64,000 bases of DNA from an uncultured Cytophagia bacterium (GCA_964498785.1 CAZCJL010000020.1:4946-68945); one strand, 5' to 3'. Positions 18,745-28,375 are shown, counted from the first letter of the stretch. The notes: generated from the sequence alone by a model not told the origin. Program-made: numbers and translations.

Positions 18745-20076
18745 ATGAACCGCTTACTCTCACAACGAGATATTTATATTTTATTTTTAATACTAATCCT
18801 CTTTTCTCAGAGATCCGTATTCGCTCAACAAGCTGAAAATGATTCCAGCCGAAATTATTTACAAAATATGAATCCTAAAATTCATCCATTACGTAATCAC
18901 CAAAAAGATCGTCCAGCTTTTGAAAAAGCGATGCGAGTACCAATAAATATCGTTGAATTTCCGTTTTGGGTTATGGGAAGAGGTTTGGAAAATTCACTTC
19001 AATATATTGAACATAATAAAATTTTTGAAAAATTTGAATTTATCGAAGATTGGCTTGAAAAGCATCATATTCTCTTCGAAGATGGATCTCAGGGTATTGG
19101 ATCTGGATTAGGCCCTGCTGTTGGTTTGTTCACCCATAGTGGGGATTTAAAATTAGCGGTTTCATCGGCGTTGACCACCTGGGGCTATCAAGGGCACAAA
19201 ATCTGGTTTGAATTACCGGAGCTTAATTGCCAAACTCGGTTAGATGGTTGGATAAAATTTCAAAATCGGACCCGGGATAATTTTTTCGGTATCGGGTCAG
19301 ATTCTAAGAATGATGACCGAACGCAATTTCAACAATCGAACGTTAACGGAGGCATTGAATTTTCGTATGCTACAAAAAAATTAAATTTAACTGCATCCAC
19401 AGACTTCACAAAATATAATGAAATTAACGATCCTTTCTGGTCTGGCAGTAAGTCAACAAAGGAAAGATTCAGCGAACTTCCGGGTATTGATGGCGCAGAA
19501 TTGGTTCGCGTGGGCTTACGGCTAACTCACCCGGAAGTCTTGTATAAAGGTTTACCAGGCGTTGAAATCGCTGTTGATTTTTCTGCCGATTATTTTTGGC
19601 AATTGGATTATGACAACAATCGTTTTGATAGATATACGCTTATTTTATATCAAAGCATCCCGCTGTTTCATGGGGATAGACTTTTCGCGATTCGATGTGG
19701 CGGCTCTATGACCAATACAAAAGGAAATTTGACTATTCCTTTTTATGCACTCAATAATTTTGGCGGATGGAATTCGCTGCGCGGGTATGAGAGTTTAAGA
19801 TTTAGAACCCTGGATTGGGTGCTTTTGAATCTGGAATATCGATATCCGATTATGGATATCGGTCTTGAAAATGGATTCGCAATTGATTTCCTCTATTTTT
19901 TTGACGCTGGCATTCCTTCAAATGAAATTGAAAATGATTTAAATATTAAAAATATTTTAAAAACTTACGGAGCAAGCATTCGCTTGCGAAAAAAACTCGG
20001 TGTCATTTTGCGGCTTAGTATTGCAAGAAGTTCAGAATCAACTTTAATCGGATTAAAAATTGGAAAGGATTTTTAG
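18745..20076 (+). CDS. Omp85/BamA-TamA family outer-membrane beta-barrel without POTRA domains
   Basis: Signal peptide ending VFA-Q, alternating beta-strands, loop-6 motif GGWNSLRGY..RF, LNLEYRYP, FFDAG and terminal Phe (GKDF). Confidence 0.85.
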   Translation: MNRLLSQRDIYILFLILILFSQRSVFAQQAENDSSRNYLQNMNPKIHPLRNHQKDRPAFEKAMRVPINIVEFPFWVMGRGLENSLQYIEHNKIFEKFEFIEDWLEKHHILFEDGSQGIGSGLGPAVGLFTHSGDLKLAVSSALTTWGYQGHKIWFELPELNCQTRLDGWIKFQNRTRDNFFGIGSDSKNDDRTQFQQSNVNGGIEFSYATKKLNLTASTDFTKYNEINDPFWSGSKSTKERFSELPGIDGAELVRVGLRLTHPEVLYKGLPGVEIAVDFSADYFWQLDYDNNRFDRYTLILYQSIPLFHGDRLFAIRCGGSMTNTKGNLTIPFYALNNFGGWNSLRGYESLRFRTLDWVLLNLEYRYPIMDIGLENGFAIDFLYFFDAGIPSNEIENDLNIKNILKTYGASIRLRKKLGVILRLSIARSSESTLIGLKIGKDF

Positions 20077-20077
20077 A

Positions 20078-21796
20078 ATGAAGTGGTACTTTCCGTTGTT
20101 AATGATATTCGTTTTCTTTTACATTGTCAGTTGTGCCGGCCCATCAAGAGATTTAATCGTTGCCGGAAAATTAGATGATCTGCATGATCGAGAACCGATT
20201 CCGGAACCTGAATTGAGATCACCAAATCAATACTATGATTTTATTGATCGTGCAATATTTAAGCAAGTCCATTCCATATTTGACCTGCCGCGGCACGTGC
20301 GAGCAATTACTGCGCAGCCAAAACAGGCAATTAATGTTGATGCGTTTGATGAAGTTCCAAATTCAACATGGTTTACTAACCGTGCGTATCGAATTACTTA
20401 TAAAGAAGCGCTTAATGGCCCGAACGAGTTTGATGGCCCGGATATGTCTGCGCCATGGATTGTAAAAGGTGTAAAAACACAAGGTATTACACCTGGATTT
20501 CGTATTAAGGATCGTCAAGGAGATATCTACTTGTTAAAATTTGATCCGATTAGCAATCCGGAATTAGCCACTGGCGCTGAAATAATTTCGACGAAACTTT
20601 GTTGGGCAATCGGCTACAATACGCCTGAAAATTACCTGGTATTTTTTAAACCAGAGCAGCTCCTTATTAAAGGAGAGGTAAAACTTGTTGATGAGTTTGG
20701 TTATGATCGAATCTTGAAACCAGAGGACGTGACCCAAATTTTGACTTTTGTTCCCAAATTATCCGACGGTCGGATCAGGGCGGTTGCAAGCAGATTTTTG
20801 CCAGGAAAGCCAATTGGACCTTATTCATATTTCGGCACCCGGCCGGATGATAGCAACGACGTATTTCGCCATGAACATCGACGTGATTTACGCGGACTTT
20901 ACGTATTTGTGTCATTAATCAACCATAATGATATTCGTCGTATTAATTCATTGGACATGTATTGTTCGGAGGGATATATCAAGCATTACTTGATCGATTT
21001 TGGCTCAACTTTAGGAAGTGGTGCGACATCTGAGAATTTGCGAAGCGAAGGCTTTCAATATCAATTGGATTATGGTGAAATTGCAAAAGCCTTTTGCAGT
21101 TTCGGAATGTATACTTTTCCCTGGCAACGCATGAATCTGGAGTCCGGTTTTGAATCAATCGGGTATTTTAGCGGAAAATACGTAAATCCTGGCAAATGGA
21201 AACCGAACTATCCAAATCTTGCGTTTCAACGGTTAACAAACAGAGATGGTTACTGGGGCGCAAAAATTGTTATGAGTCTCACTGATGAGATAATCACGGG
21301 TATCGTTAAACAGGCACAATATTCTGATAAGGATGCTGAAAAATACATGACCAATACTCTCATTCAAAGAAAAAATACGATTGGTAAATATTGGTATCAA
21401 CAGGTGAGTCCACTCGATTGGTTCAAAATTTCAAATTTAACTAATGAAAATGGCCAGTTTTTTTCGTTTACTGATCTGGCAATTTATGAAAAATTCGAGA
21501 ATCAGGAAAATACCCGCTATAAAATTGAACTTAAATATAACAAGGCAACTGGTAGCGATCCATCAATTTTTGATGAAACAGTGATAAACACAGGCAAATT
21601 TCTAATTAGCCCTGAGATCGTTAAAATGGCTGATAAATTATGCATAAACAAGAAAAATCCGAATGAGCGTTTATTTTACATTCAAATTTTAACACAACGT
21701 AAAAATAAACCTGACTGGAAAAAAATCGTTAAAGTCCATTTACTTTTTGAGGACATCGATAGCGGTTTTAAAATAGCCGGAATTGAACGAAAATAA
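20078..21796 (+). CDS. Lipoprotein with an atypical (HipA/PI3K-like) protein-kinase-like fold
   Basis: Start refined to ATG 20078. Lipobox IVSC, Gly-rich KTQGITPG, beta3 lysine YLLKFD, alphaC glutamate ATGAE, catalytic NHNDIRRIN (D-x4-N) and Mg-binding LIDFG. Confidence 0.7.
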   Translation: MKWYFPLLMIFVFFYIVSCAGPSRDLIVAGKLDDLHDREPIPEPELRSPNQYYDFIDRAIFKQVHSIFDLPRHVRAITAQPKQAINVDAFDEVPNSTWFTNRAYRITYKEALNGPNEFDGPDMSAPWIVKGVKTQGITPGFRIKDRQGDIYLLKFDPISNPELATGAEIISTKLCWAIGYNTPENYLVFFKPEQLLIKGEVKLVDEFGYDRILKPEDVTQILTFVPKLSDGRIRAVASRFLPGKPIGPYSYFGTRPDDSNDVFRHEHRRDLRGLYVFVSLINHNDIRRINSLDMYCSEGYIKHYLIDFGSTLGSGATSENLRSEGFQYQLDYGEIAKAFCSFGMYTFPWQRMNLESGFESIGYFSGKYVNPGKWKPNYPNLAFQRLTNRDGYWGAKIVMSLTDEIITGIVKQAQYSDKDAEKYMTNTLIQRKNTIGKYWYQQVSPLDWFKISNLTNENGQFFSFTDLAIYEKFENQENTRYKIELKYNKATGSDPSIFDETVINTGKFLISPEIVKMADKLCINKKNPNERLFYIQILTQRKNKPDWKKIVKVHLLFEDIDSGFKIAGIERK

Positions 21797-23051
21797 TCCG
21801 GTAAAATATGAAAGCGAGTACAATTTGCATCACTTTATTAATAAATTTATAATAAAAATTGGCTTGATTTTGATAGTGATCTTTTATTCCTGTGCAAATA
21901 AAGGACTTGTGAGCGAGACATATAACAAAGACTATTATCAAATTACAAAACTGCTTCCGGAAAATAAAATCGAACAATCCGCTGTAAATTTTTTAATTTA
22001 TAGCGATAATCAGGCTGGATGGCGGATACAGCACAAATTTTTGGACAAATCACGATGGACAAGCCCTAAAATGCTACTGTTTCCATTTTATGAGATTTAC
22101 CTGTTAACAAATGGAGTTATCGGCGGTATTAATGGTCTTCGACATGTCCCTGATTATGGTAAAAATGAACGATTAATGATGCGGGATGTTATTTATTCAA
22201 CTGCACAAAAAATGGATGCTGCATTTATTTTAAACATCGGCGATATTAATGCTTACGATGGCAGACGCCCCGATCATTGGGAAACTTTCTTAAAAGAAAA
22301 CAAGCAAAACCATAATTTATTAAATGAAATTCCCTATTTACCGGTTATCGGAAATCATGAATATGCGAATGATCCCCACTATGGTTATCCGAATTATAAA
22401 GCAATTTTTGGTTATCCACGATTTTATGTAATCGAATTTCCGCAGGCAGCTATTTATGTTGTTGATTCGAATTATATACTCGATCAAAATCAATTCATTG
22501 AGAATAGCGTTCAGGACCAGTTGTTTACAAAGTGGTTTGTGCGGGATAATTTTACTGATACCCTCGCCTGGCTGGAAAAAAAGTTAATTGAATATGATAA
22601 GCCATTGACGATCGTGGCAATGCATCATCCATTGGTTACTTTTGGGAAGCATTATCAGGATTGGCACAATCCTGGGTTTGGGAATGCATTAATTGAGAAA
22701 CGAAACAAACTGATCGATCTTTTTCATAAATATGATGTGGATGTTGTTTTCTCAGGACATGAGCATTCTTATCAACATAATACGTCTACGTCCGAGGGCA
22801 GTAAAATACATTTTCTGGTTGGCGGAGGAGGCGGTACTCCGTTAAGAAATCCGCCAGATGAAGAAACTCAATTTAATATTTTAAATGAATACAAACAAGA
22901 GGGTCATGATGTACAAAATATTTCACTGGCGAAAATTTATCATTATTATACAATTAATATTGAAAATAATGAAATGACAATCAAAGTCATGAAAGTTAGC
23001 AAAAATATTGAACTCCCGATAGAGAAAATAAAAATAGTTGCTCCCAAATAA
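21783..23051 (+). CDS. Exported calcineurin-like metallophosphoesterase (purple-acid-phosphatase-like), probable lipoprotein
   Basis: Hydrophobic stretch ending FYSC. Metal motifs YSDNQ, IGDIN, GNHE, MHHP and SGHEH. Exact start uncertain. Confidence 0.83.
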   Translation: MNENNPVKYESEYNLHHFINKFIIKIGLILIVIFYSCANKGLVSETYNKDYYQITKLLPENKIEQSAVNFLIYSDNQAGWRIQHKFLDKSRWTSPKMLLFPFYEIYLLTNGVIGGINGLRHVPDYGKNERLMMRDVIYSTAQKMDAAFILNIGDINAYDGRRPDHWETFLKENKQNHNLLNEIPYLPVIGNHEYANDPHYGYPNYKAIFGYPRFYVIEFPQAAIYVVDSNYILDQNQFIENSVQDQLFTKWFVRDNFTDTLAWLEKKLIEYDKPLTIVAMHHPLVTFGKHYQDWHNPGFGNALIEKRNKLIDLFHKYDVDVVFSGHEHSYQHNTSTSEGSKIHFLVGGGGGTPLRNPPDEETQFNILNEYKQEGHDVQNISLAKIYHYYTINIENNEMTIKVMKVSKNIELPIEKIKIVAPK

Positions 23052-23087
23052 ATTTCTAATAATCGGATAATTACGTTAGGAGTTTTT

Positions 23088-24422
23088 ATGACCGGTCAAT
23101 TAAAAACAATAATGAACATCCGGCGGGATGAACTACCGTTTTCATTGTTCATGTTTACCTATTTTTTTCTAATCATTACAAACTTCTGGATTTTAAAGCC
23201 CTTAAAAAAAGGCTTATTTATCGGTTTTTATAAAGTGCGGGAAGGAGTAGATCTGTTCTCGTGGCATTTATTGGGTTCGCAAGCAGAACTTCTTGCAAAA
23301 GTATTGAATATGGTTGTCGCATTTTTCGCAGTTATTGTATTTACGTGGCTTGCCAGAAAATTCAGGCGACAACAACTTACATATATTTTTTCTGTATTTA
23401 TCGCATTCTGTCTGATTATATTTTCATTTGTAATCAATAAACCCAATGATTTAACCGTCTGGTTATTTTACTTGTTTGGCGACCTCTTTAACACATTAAT
23501 GGTCGCCACATTTTTTTCATTTCTAAATGATAGTGTAAATACTGATTCTGCCAAACGACTTTACGGTTTAGTTGTGCTCGGCGGTGTAACAGGAGGTGTT
23601 TTCGGAACTCAATTTGTGCGCATCTGGATTGATGACATGACAATGATTTCATGGCTCTGGATTTCCCTTTTTATTACCATCCTTATTGCGTTGATAGCGG
23701 GACTTGCCGGACGTATGGTTAAAGAAAATAACTTTGACGAGATTAAAAGCAAACCAACAATCAATGATAAAACAATAAAAACAAACGCTGCTATCGAAGG
23801 TGCCAAATTAGTTTTTAAATCAAAATACTTACTTGCTATTGTTGGTATTGTTGGATTTTATGAAATCCTTTCAACAGTCATGGATTTCCAATTTTCCGCG
23901 ACTATCGAACATTATCTTCATACGGAAGAAGCAATTGGCAAACAATTCGCAACAGTATTTTCGATTACGAACATCGTTGCACTGGTCGTCCAGCTCTTTC
24001 TGACAAGTTTTATTATGACAAAGTTTGGACTGACAGTTGCATTACTGATTTTACCATGCGCAATTATGTTTGGTTCGTTTACATTTTTAGCTTTTCCAAT
24101 TTTATGGGTTGGAAGTTTTCTGAATACGGCAGATAATGGTTTTAGCTATTCAATAAACCAATCAGCTAAAGAAGCGCTTTATGTTCCGACAAGCAGAGAC
24201 GAAAAATACAAAGCCAAAGCCTTTATCGATATGTTTGTGCAACGATTTGCCAAAGCATTAGCTGTTGGTATTAGCTTATTGATTACCACCATTTTTCGTG
24301 ATTTCTCCAGTATACGATGGCTATCCTTAATAACAATCATTGTTGTTGTTATTTGGATTCTTGTAGTTAGATTTGCTGGTAATAAATTTAACGAGTTGGC
24401 TCCTTCAAAGAAGAATGACTAA
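23088..24422 (+). CDS. NTT/TLC-family (Npt1-like) nucleotide translocase, stand-alone
   Basis: About 12 TM helices with ILKPLKK, FLNDSVNTDSAKRLYG, AKEALYVP and KYKAKAFIDMFVQRFAK, matching ATP/ADP-translocase family motifs. Confidence 0.82.
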   Translation: MTGQLKTIMNIRRDELPFSLFMFTYFFLIITNFWILKPLKKGLFIGFYKVREGVDLFSWHLLGSQAELLAKVLNMVVAFFAVIVFTWLARKFRRQQLTYIFSVFIAFCLIIFSFVINKPNDLTVWLFYLFGDLFNTLMVATFFSFLNDSVNTDSAKRLYGLVVLGGVTGGVFGTQFVRIWIDDMTMISWLWISLFITILIALIAGLAGRMVKENNFDEIKSKPTINDKTIKTNAAIEGAKLVFKSKYLLAIVGIVGFYEILSTVMDFQFSATIEHYLHTEEAIGKQFATVFSITNIVALVVQLFLTSFIMTKFGLTVALLILPCAIMFGSFTFLAFPILWVGSFLNTADNGFSYSINQSAKEALYVPTSRDEKYKAKAFIDMFVQRFAKALAVGISLLITTIFRDFSSIRWLSLITIIVVVIWILVVRFAGNKFNELAPSKKND

Positions 24423-27225
24423 ATTAATTCGAAAAATACTGAATATAAATGAAGGTGAAGGATTAAAAGTATTTTTGATGTTTAGCTATATTTTTTTAGC
24501 TATCGCATCTCTTTTAATCGTTAAACCAGTTCGTAATTCTCTTTTTCTGAGCCATTTTGGTGTTGAAAAACTGCCGTACGCTTTTATTTCAGTTGCAGTA
24601 AGTGCAGCTATTTTTACAAATTTCTATTCCAGATATGCAAAGAAAATCCGCTTAAATATATTAATTTTCTATACAACCGTCTCATCCATTTGCTTTTTAA
24701 TTGTATTTTGGATTTTAATATTTTTAAATAGTAACGAAGGTTGGTTTTATTATTTTGTATATGCATGGGTTGCCCTTTTCGGTGTAATCACCACCTCACA
24801 ATTCTGGTTATTAGCAAATTATGTGTTCAATGCTCGTCAGGCAAAAAGATTATTCGGATTGATAGGAGCAGGTGCTATTTCGGGCGGAATCTTTGGCGGT
24901 TACCTGACCAAATTTCTGGCTCCGATAGTTGGAACAGGGAATTTATTTTTCTTTTGCATTTTTTTCCTGCTTCTTTGCCTCGTGATTATGAAAAAAGTCT
25001 GGAAACAAGGCGCCAGACAAACATATTCTGAGCGAATTCAGCAGGAAAAACGTATCCGAAAAAAATTAACTACCGACAAACCATTTGAATTGCTACAAAA
25101 ATCGAAGCATCTTTCGTATATCGCTGCTATCGTTAGCGTAGGAGTAATTGTTGCAAATCTAGTAGATTATCAATTTAGCGCCATTGCAAGTAATATCATT
25201 AAAGACGAAGATAATTTAACTGCTTTCTTCGGATTCTGGCTTTCCAATTTAAGTATTGCTTCACTATTAATACAATTGTTATTAACCGGTCGTAGTCTTA
25301 AAATATTCGGAGTCACGACTTCTCTCTTCTTTCTGCCATTTGGTATTTTAATTGGCGCGTTGGGCATTCTTTTCGATCCCAGGTTATGGTCTGCTGTTTT
25401 TATTAAGGTTTGTGACGGTAGCTTTAAGCAATCCATTCATAAGGCTAGTCTTGAGTTATTAGCTCTCCCCCTTCCAACCTCCTTAAAAAATCAAGGCAAA
25501 GCGTTTATTGATGTTTTTATCGATAGCCTGGCGACAGGAATCGGTGGAATATTTTTAATTATTTTTACGCAACAGTTCGGATTTTCTGTGCAACAAATCA
25601 GTTTTGTTTTAATTATATTCATAATTATTTGGTTTTACTTAATTAAGTCGGTAAAACAGCAATATATCAACTCATTTCGAACAGCAATTGAAAAAAGGTC
25701 AATCGATCTGCAAGATCAATATCTTAATATTCAGGAAGCATCTGTATTAAATAACATTTTAAAAATCCTTGATAGCAAAAACGAGCGACAAATTCTCTAC
25801 ATTCTTCAATTAATTGAAAATGTTAAAAGTGAACGTCTCATCCCTTATTTTAAAAAATTGATCAAACACCGATCCCATGAAATCAAAATACAGACATTGC
25901 GAATGATGAGAAATTATGAACACATTGATTTTGTTGATGATGTACGAAAGCTGACACAGGATTCCAATTTCAATGTAAAAGTTGAGGCGATTCGTTCTAT
26001 TTACGCAAATTCCAAAAACCGAAATCACGATTTAGAAAAATTATTAGTTGATCAGGATATTTTCATTCGAAGTGCGGCCTTACTATCCTCAGCTTATGAA
26101 CACAGAGATAGTAAGGAATTTCGAAAATCATTTAATATTAAAAACTTATTTGATCAATTTGTTGATAAATTTAGTGAGAAAAGTTTTCATCAGGAAGAAA
26201 TTGACTTTATGAAGACTGTCCTTGCAAAGGTAATTGGAATTTCAAAAATGACTGAGCTTTATCCATTTCTAAAAAATTTATTATTCGATAAAAATATAGA
26301 TGTTGTGCAAGAAGCGACAATTAATGCTGGTTTAACCAGACACAAAATGTTCTTCGAGATTCTTATACAATATTTAAACAAACACACTGTCAGAAAATAC
26401 GCTCGTAACGCGCTGGCAGAATATGAGAATGATGTTATTAATCCCCTAAAAAATTTATTGGAAAATGAAAAAGAAGACTATCAGTTGCGCAACGCAATTC
26501 CCAAAGTTTTGGCATTAATTGGAACCCAAGAATCAGTTAATCTATTGTTAGATAACTTGCTTCAGGAAGATTTAGCATTACGGTTTCAAATACTTCGGGC
26601 ATTAAACAGGTTACGAACGAATTTTCCATACTTAAAATTTGGGGACAACCGAATCCGAAATAGTATTGTTTTTGAGAGCAAAAATTACCATAAAATTTAC
26701 TCTTATTTATCAAATAGTGAATTGCTTGATAGCTATAACATCCAACACATACCTGATCATAAAAAAGCAAAAAAATCTCTCGATTTATTATTAACCTTAT
26801 TAAATGAACGTCTTGATAATACTCTTGAAAGAATATTTCGTCTGCTTGGTTTAAAATATTCATCTGGCGATATGTATAACGCTTATAGAGCGATAACAAG
26901 CAATAGCCCGGATTTGCGAGCGAATGCTGTTGAATTTCTCGAAAATATTCTGGACCCGAATTTAAAACGGATTATAATTCCAATTATAGAATATTCAACC
27001 AGTGCTTTGCTATCTGAGGAATTTAACTTCTCCCGAAAAGATGGTATGTTCCTGGAGCTATTAAAAGAAAAGGATTCATGGCTAAAAGTATGTACTATTT
27101 TCTATATTGCCGAGACTAACATGAACCATTATCAATCTGAAATAAAAAAACTAACAATGGATCATGATTCCACTGTTAAAGAAACCGCTGAATACGCTCT
27201 TGATTTATTAATAAATAGAAAATGA
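24415..27225 (+). CDS. NTT/TLC-family translocase fused to a C-terminal HEAT-repeat region
   Basis: Start refined to ATG 24415. IVKPVRNSLF, SQFWLLANYVFNARQAKRLFG and GKAFIDVF, followed by about 500 aa of HEAT-like repeats (VKVEAIRSI, VRKYARNALAE, LRFQILRALNRL, LRANAVEFLEN). Confidence 0.85.
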   Translation: MTKLIRKILNINEGEGLKVFLMFSYIFLAIASLLIVKPVRNSLFLSHFGVEKLPYAFISVAVSAAIFTNFYSRYAKKIRLNILIFYTTVSSICFLIVFWILIFLNSNEGWFYYFVYAWVALFGVITTSQFWLLANYVFNARQAKRLFGLIGAGAISGGIFGGYLTKFLAPIVGTGNLFFFCIFFLLLCLVIMKKVWKQGARQTYSERIQQEKRIRKKLTTDKPFELLQKSKHLSYIAAIVSVGVIVANLVDYQFSAIASNIIKDEDNLTAFFGFWLSNLSIASLLIQLLLTGRSLKIFGVTTSLFFLPFGILIGALGILFDPRLWSAVFIKVCDGSFKQSIHKASLELLALPLPTSLKNQGKAFIDVFIDSLATGIGGIFLIIFTQQFGFSVQQISFVLIIFIIIWFYLIKSVKQQYINSFRTAIEKRSIDLQDQYLNIQEASVLNNILKILDSKNERQILYILQLIENVKSERLIPYFKKLIKHRSHEIKIQTLRMMRNYEHIDFVDDVRKLTQDSNFNVKVEAIRSIYANSKNRNHDLEKLLVDQDIFIRSAALLSSAYEHRDSKEFRKSFNIKNLFDQFVDKFSEKSFHQEEIDFMKTVLAKVIGISKMTELYPFLKNLLFDKNIDVVQEATINAGLTRHKMFFEILIQYLNKHTVRKYARNALAEYENDVINPLKNLLENEKEDYQLRNAIPKVLALIGTQESVNLLLDNLLQEDLALRFQILRALNRLRTNFPYLKFGDNRIRNSIVFESKNYHKIYSYLSNSELLDSYNIQHIPDHKKAKKSLDLLLTLLNERLDNTLERIFRLLGLKYSSGDMYNAYRAITSNSPDLRANAVEFLENILDPNLKRIIIPIIEYSTSALLSEEFNFSRKDGMFLELLKEKDSWLKVCTIFYIAETNMNHYQSEIKKLTMDHDSTVKETAEYALDLLINRK

Positions 27226-27250
27226 TATCATTTAATAGCAGGTTTTTATC

Positions 27251-27676
27251 ATGTTAACAATTGTTGAAAAAGTTTTATTTCTTCAGGATGTGGATATCTT
27301 TGAGAACACAACGACAGAGGATCTTTCCCATATTGCCGCAATTACAGATGAAATCAATTTTAAGGCAAATACTGATATATATCAGATTGGAGATGTGTCT
27401 GACTCAATGTATTTGGTTATTGAAGGTAAAGTGCGGCTACATCATAACGACCGACAGGTGATGATAGCCCAAATAAAAGATGTATTTGGTACATGGGCTC
27501 TTTTTGATGACGAACCCCGCGTGGTAACAGCTACAACACTGCAAGATTCGGTATTGCTCAAAATTAACCGGGAAGAATTTTACGATTTATTGGCTGATCA
27601 CTTACAAATAACATTAGGAATTTTGAAAACGCTATCGAAACGACTGCGTGGGCTGGTGAATAGTGTCCGAAAATAA
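27251..27676 (+). CDS. Stand-alone cyclic-nucleotide-binding domain protein
   Basis: EKVLFLQDVDIF, IYQIGD..DSMYLVIEGKV and FGTWALFDDEPRVVTA. No HTH. Confidence 0.88.
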   Translation: MLTIVEKVLFLQDVDIFENTTTEDLSHIAAITDEINFKANTDIYQIGDVSDSMYLVIEGKVRLHHNDRQVMIAQIKDVFGTWALFDDEPRVVTATTLQDSVLLKINREEFYDLLADHLQITLGILKTLSKRLRGLVNSVRK

Positions 27677-27720
27677 CACAAATAGGTCGAAACGGAAAAG
27701 CAAATTTTTTAACTAGATGC

Positions 27721-27749
27721 TTGCAATTTACAATCGTTTTTATTATATT
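27721..27749 (+). promoter_or_regulatory. Sigma70-type promoter of the receiver gene
   Basis: TTGCAA, 17 bp, TATATT. AAGGAG RBS downstream. Confidence 0.4.
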
Positions 27750-27813
27750 GACTAATATTTATTTCTGATCTTGATGATTTATTCTAATTCTTCAAAAAGG
27801 AGATAATTTTTGT

Positions 27814-28296
27814 ATGTCTGAACAGGAATACAATGCGACGATTGTTGTTGTAGATGATGAAGATATGGTTTTGACAAGTATCGGTTCATTCCTGACTCTT
27901 GAAACTGACTATAATGTAAAAACCTTTACCTCGGCAGACAAGGCGATTAAATACATCGAAAATAGTGAAATCGATCTTGTTATTTCAGATTATCTGATGC
28001 CAGAAATGGACGGAATAACCTTTCTTGCAAAAGTCAGAACGATTAAACCGAATGTCCCCCGGATTATTTTAACTGGTTATGCTGATAAAGAAAATGCAAT
28101 CAAAGCCATTAATGAGGTTGGGCTTTTTCAATATATTGAAAAACCCTGGGAAAATGATGATTTGTTAATTATTATTCGAAACGGCCTTGAAAAGAAAATG
28201 CTAATGAATAAGCTTCAATTAAAAGTCGATGAAATAAATAAAGCTTATTCAGATTTACAAAATATACAGCAGGAAATTTTAAAAACATTTGTTTAA
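27814..28296 (+). CDS. Response regulator receiver protein with a short coiled-coil tail and no output domain
   Basis: VVDDE, ISDYLMPEMDG (phospho-Asp), ILTGY and YIEKPW. Confidence 0.9.
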   Translation: MSEQEYNATIVVVDDEDMVLTSIGSFLTLETDYNVKTFTSADKAIKYIENSEIDLVISDYLMPEMDGITFLAKVRTIKPNVPRIILTGYADKENAIKAINEVGLFQYIEKPWENDDLLIIIRNGLEKKMLMNKLQLKVDEINKAYSDLQNIQQEILKTFV

Positions 28297-28317
28297 TACA
28301 TATTCGAGTTTAGAAAT

Positions 28318-28359
28318 AAAAATCCCATATCATTTCTATTAATGATATGGGATTTTTTT
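28318..28359. terminator. Bidirectional rho-independent terminator
   Basis: AAAAATCCCATATCATT-tctatt-AATGATATGGGATTTTT perfect stem between the convergent receiver gene and nuoN. Confidence 0.85.
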
Positions 28360-28375
28360 AATTAATTAAATATTT

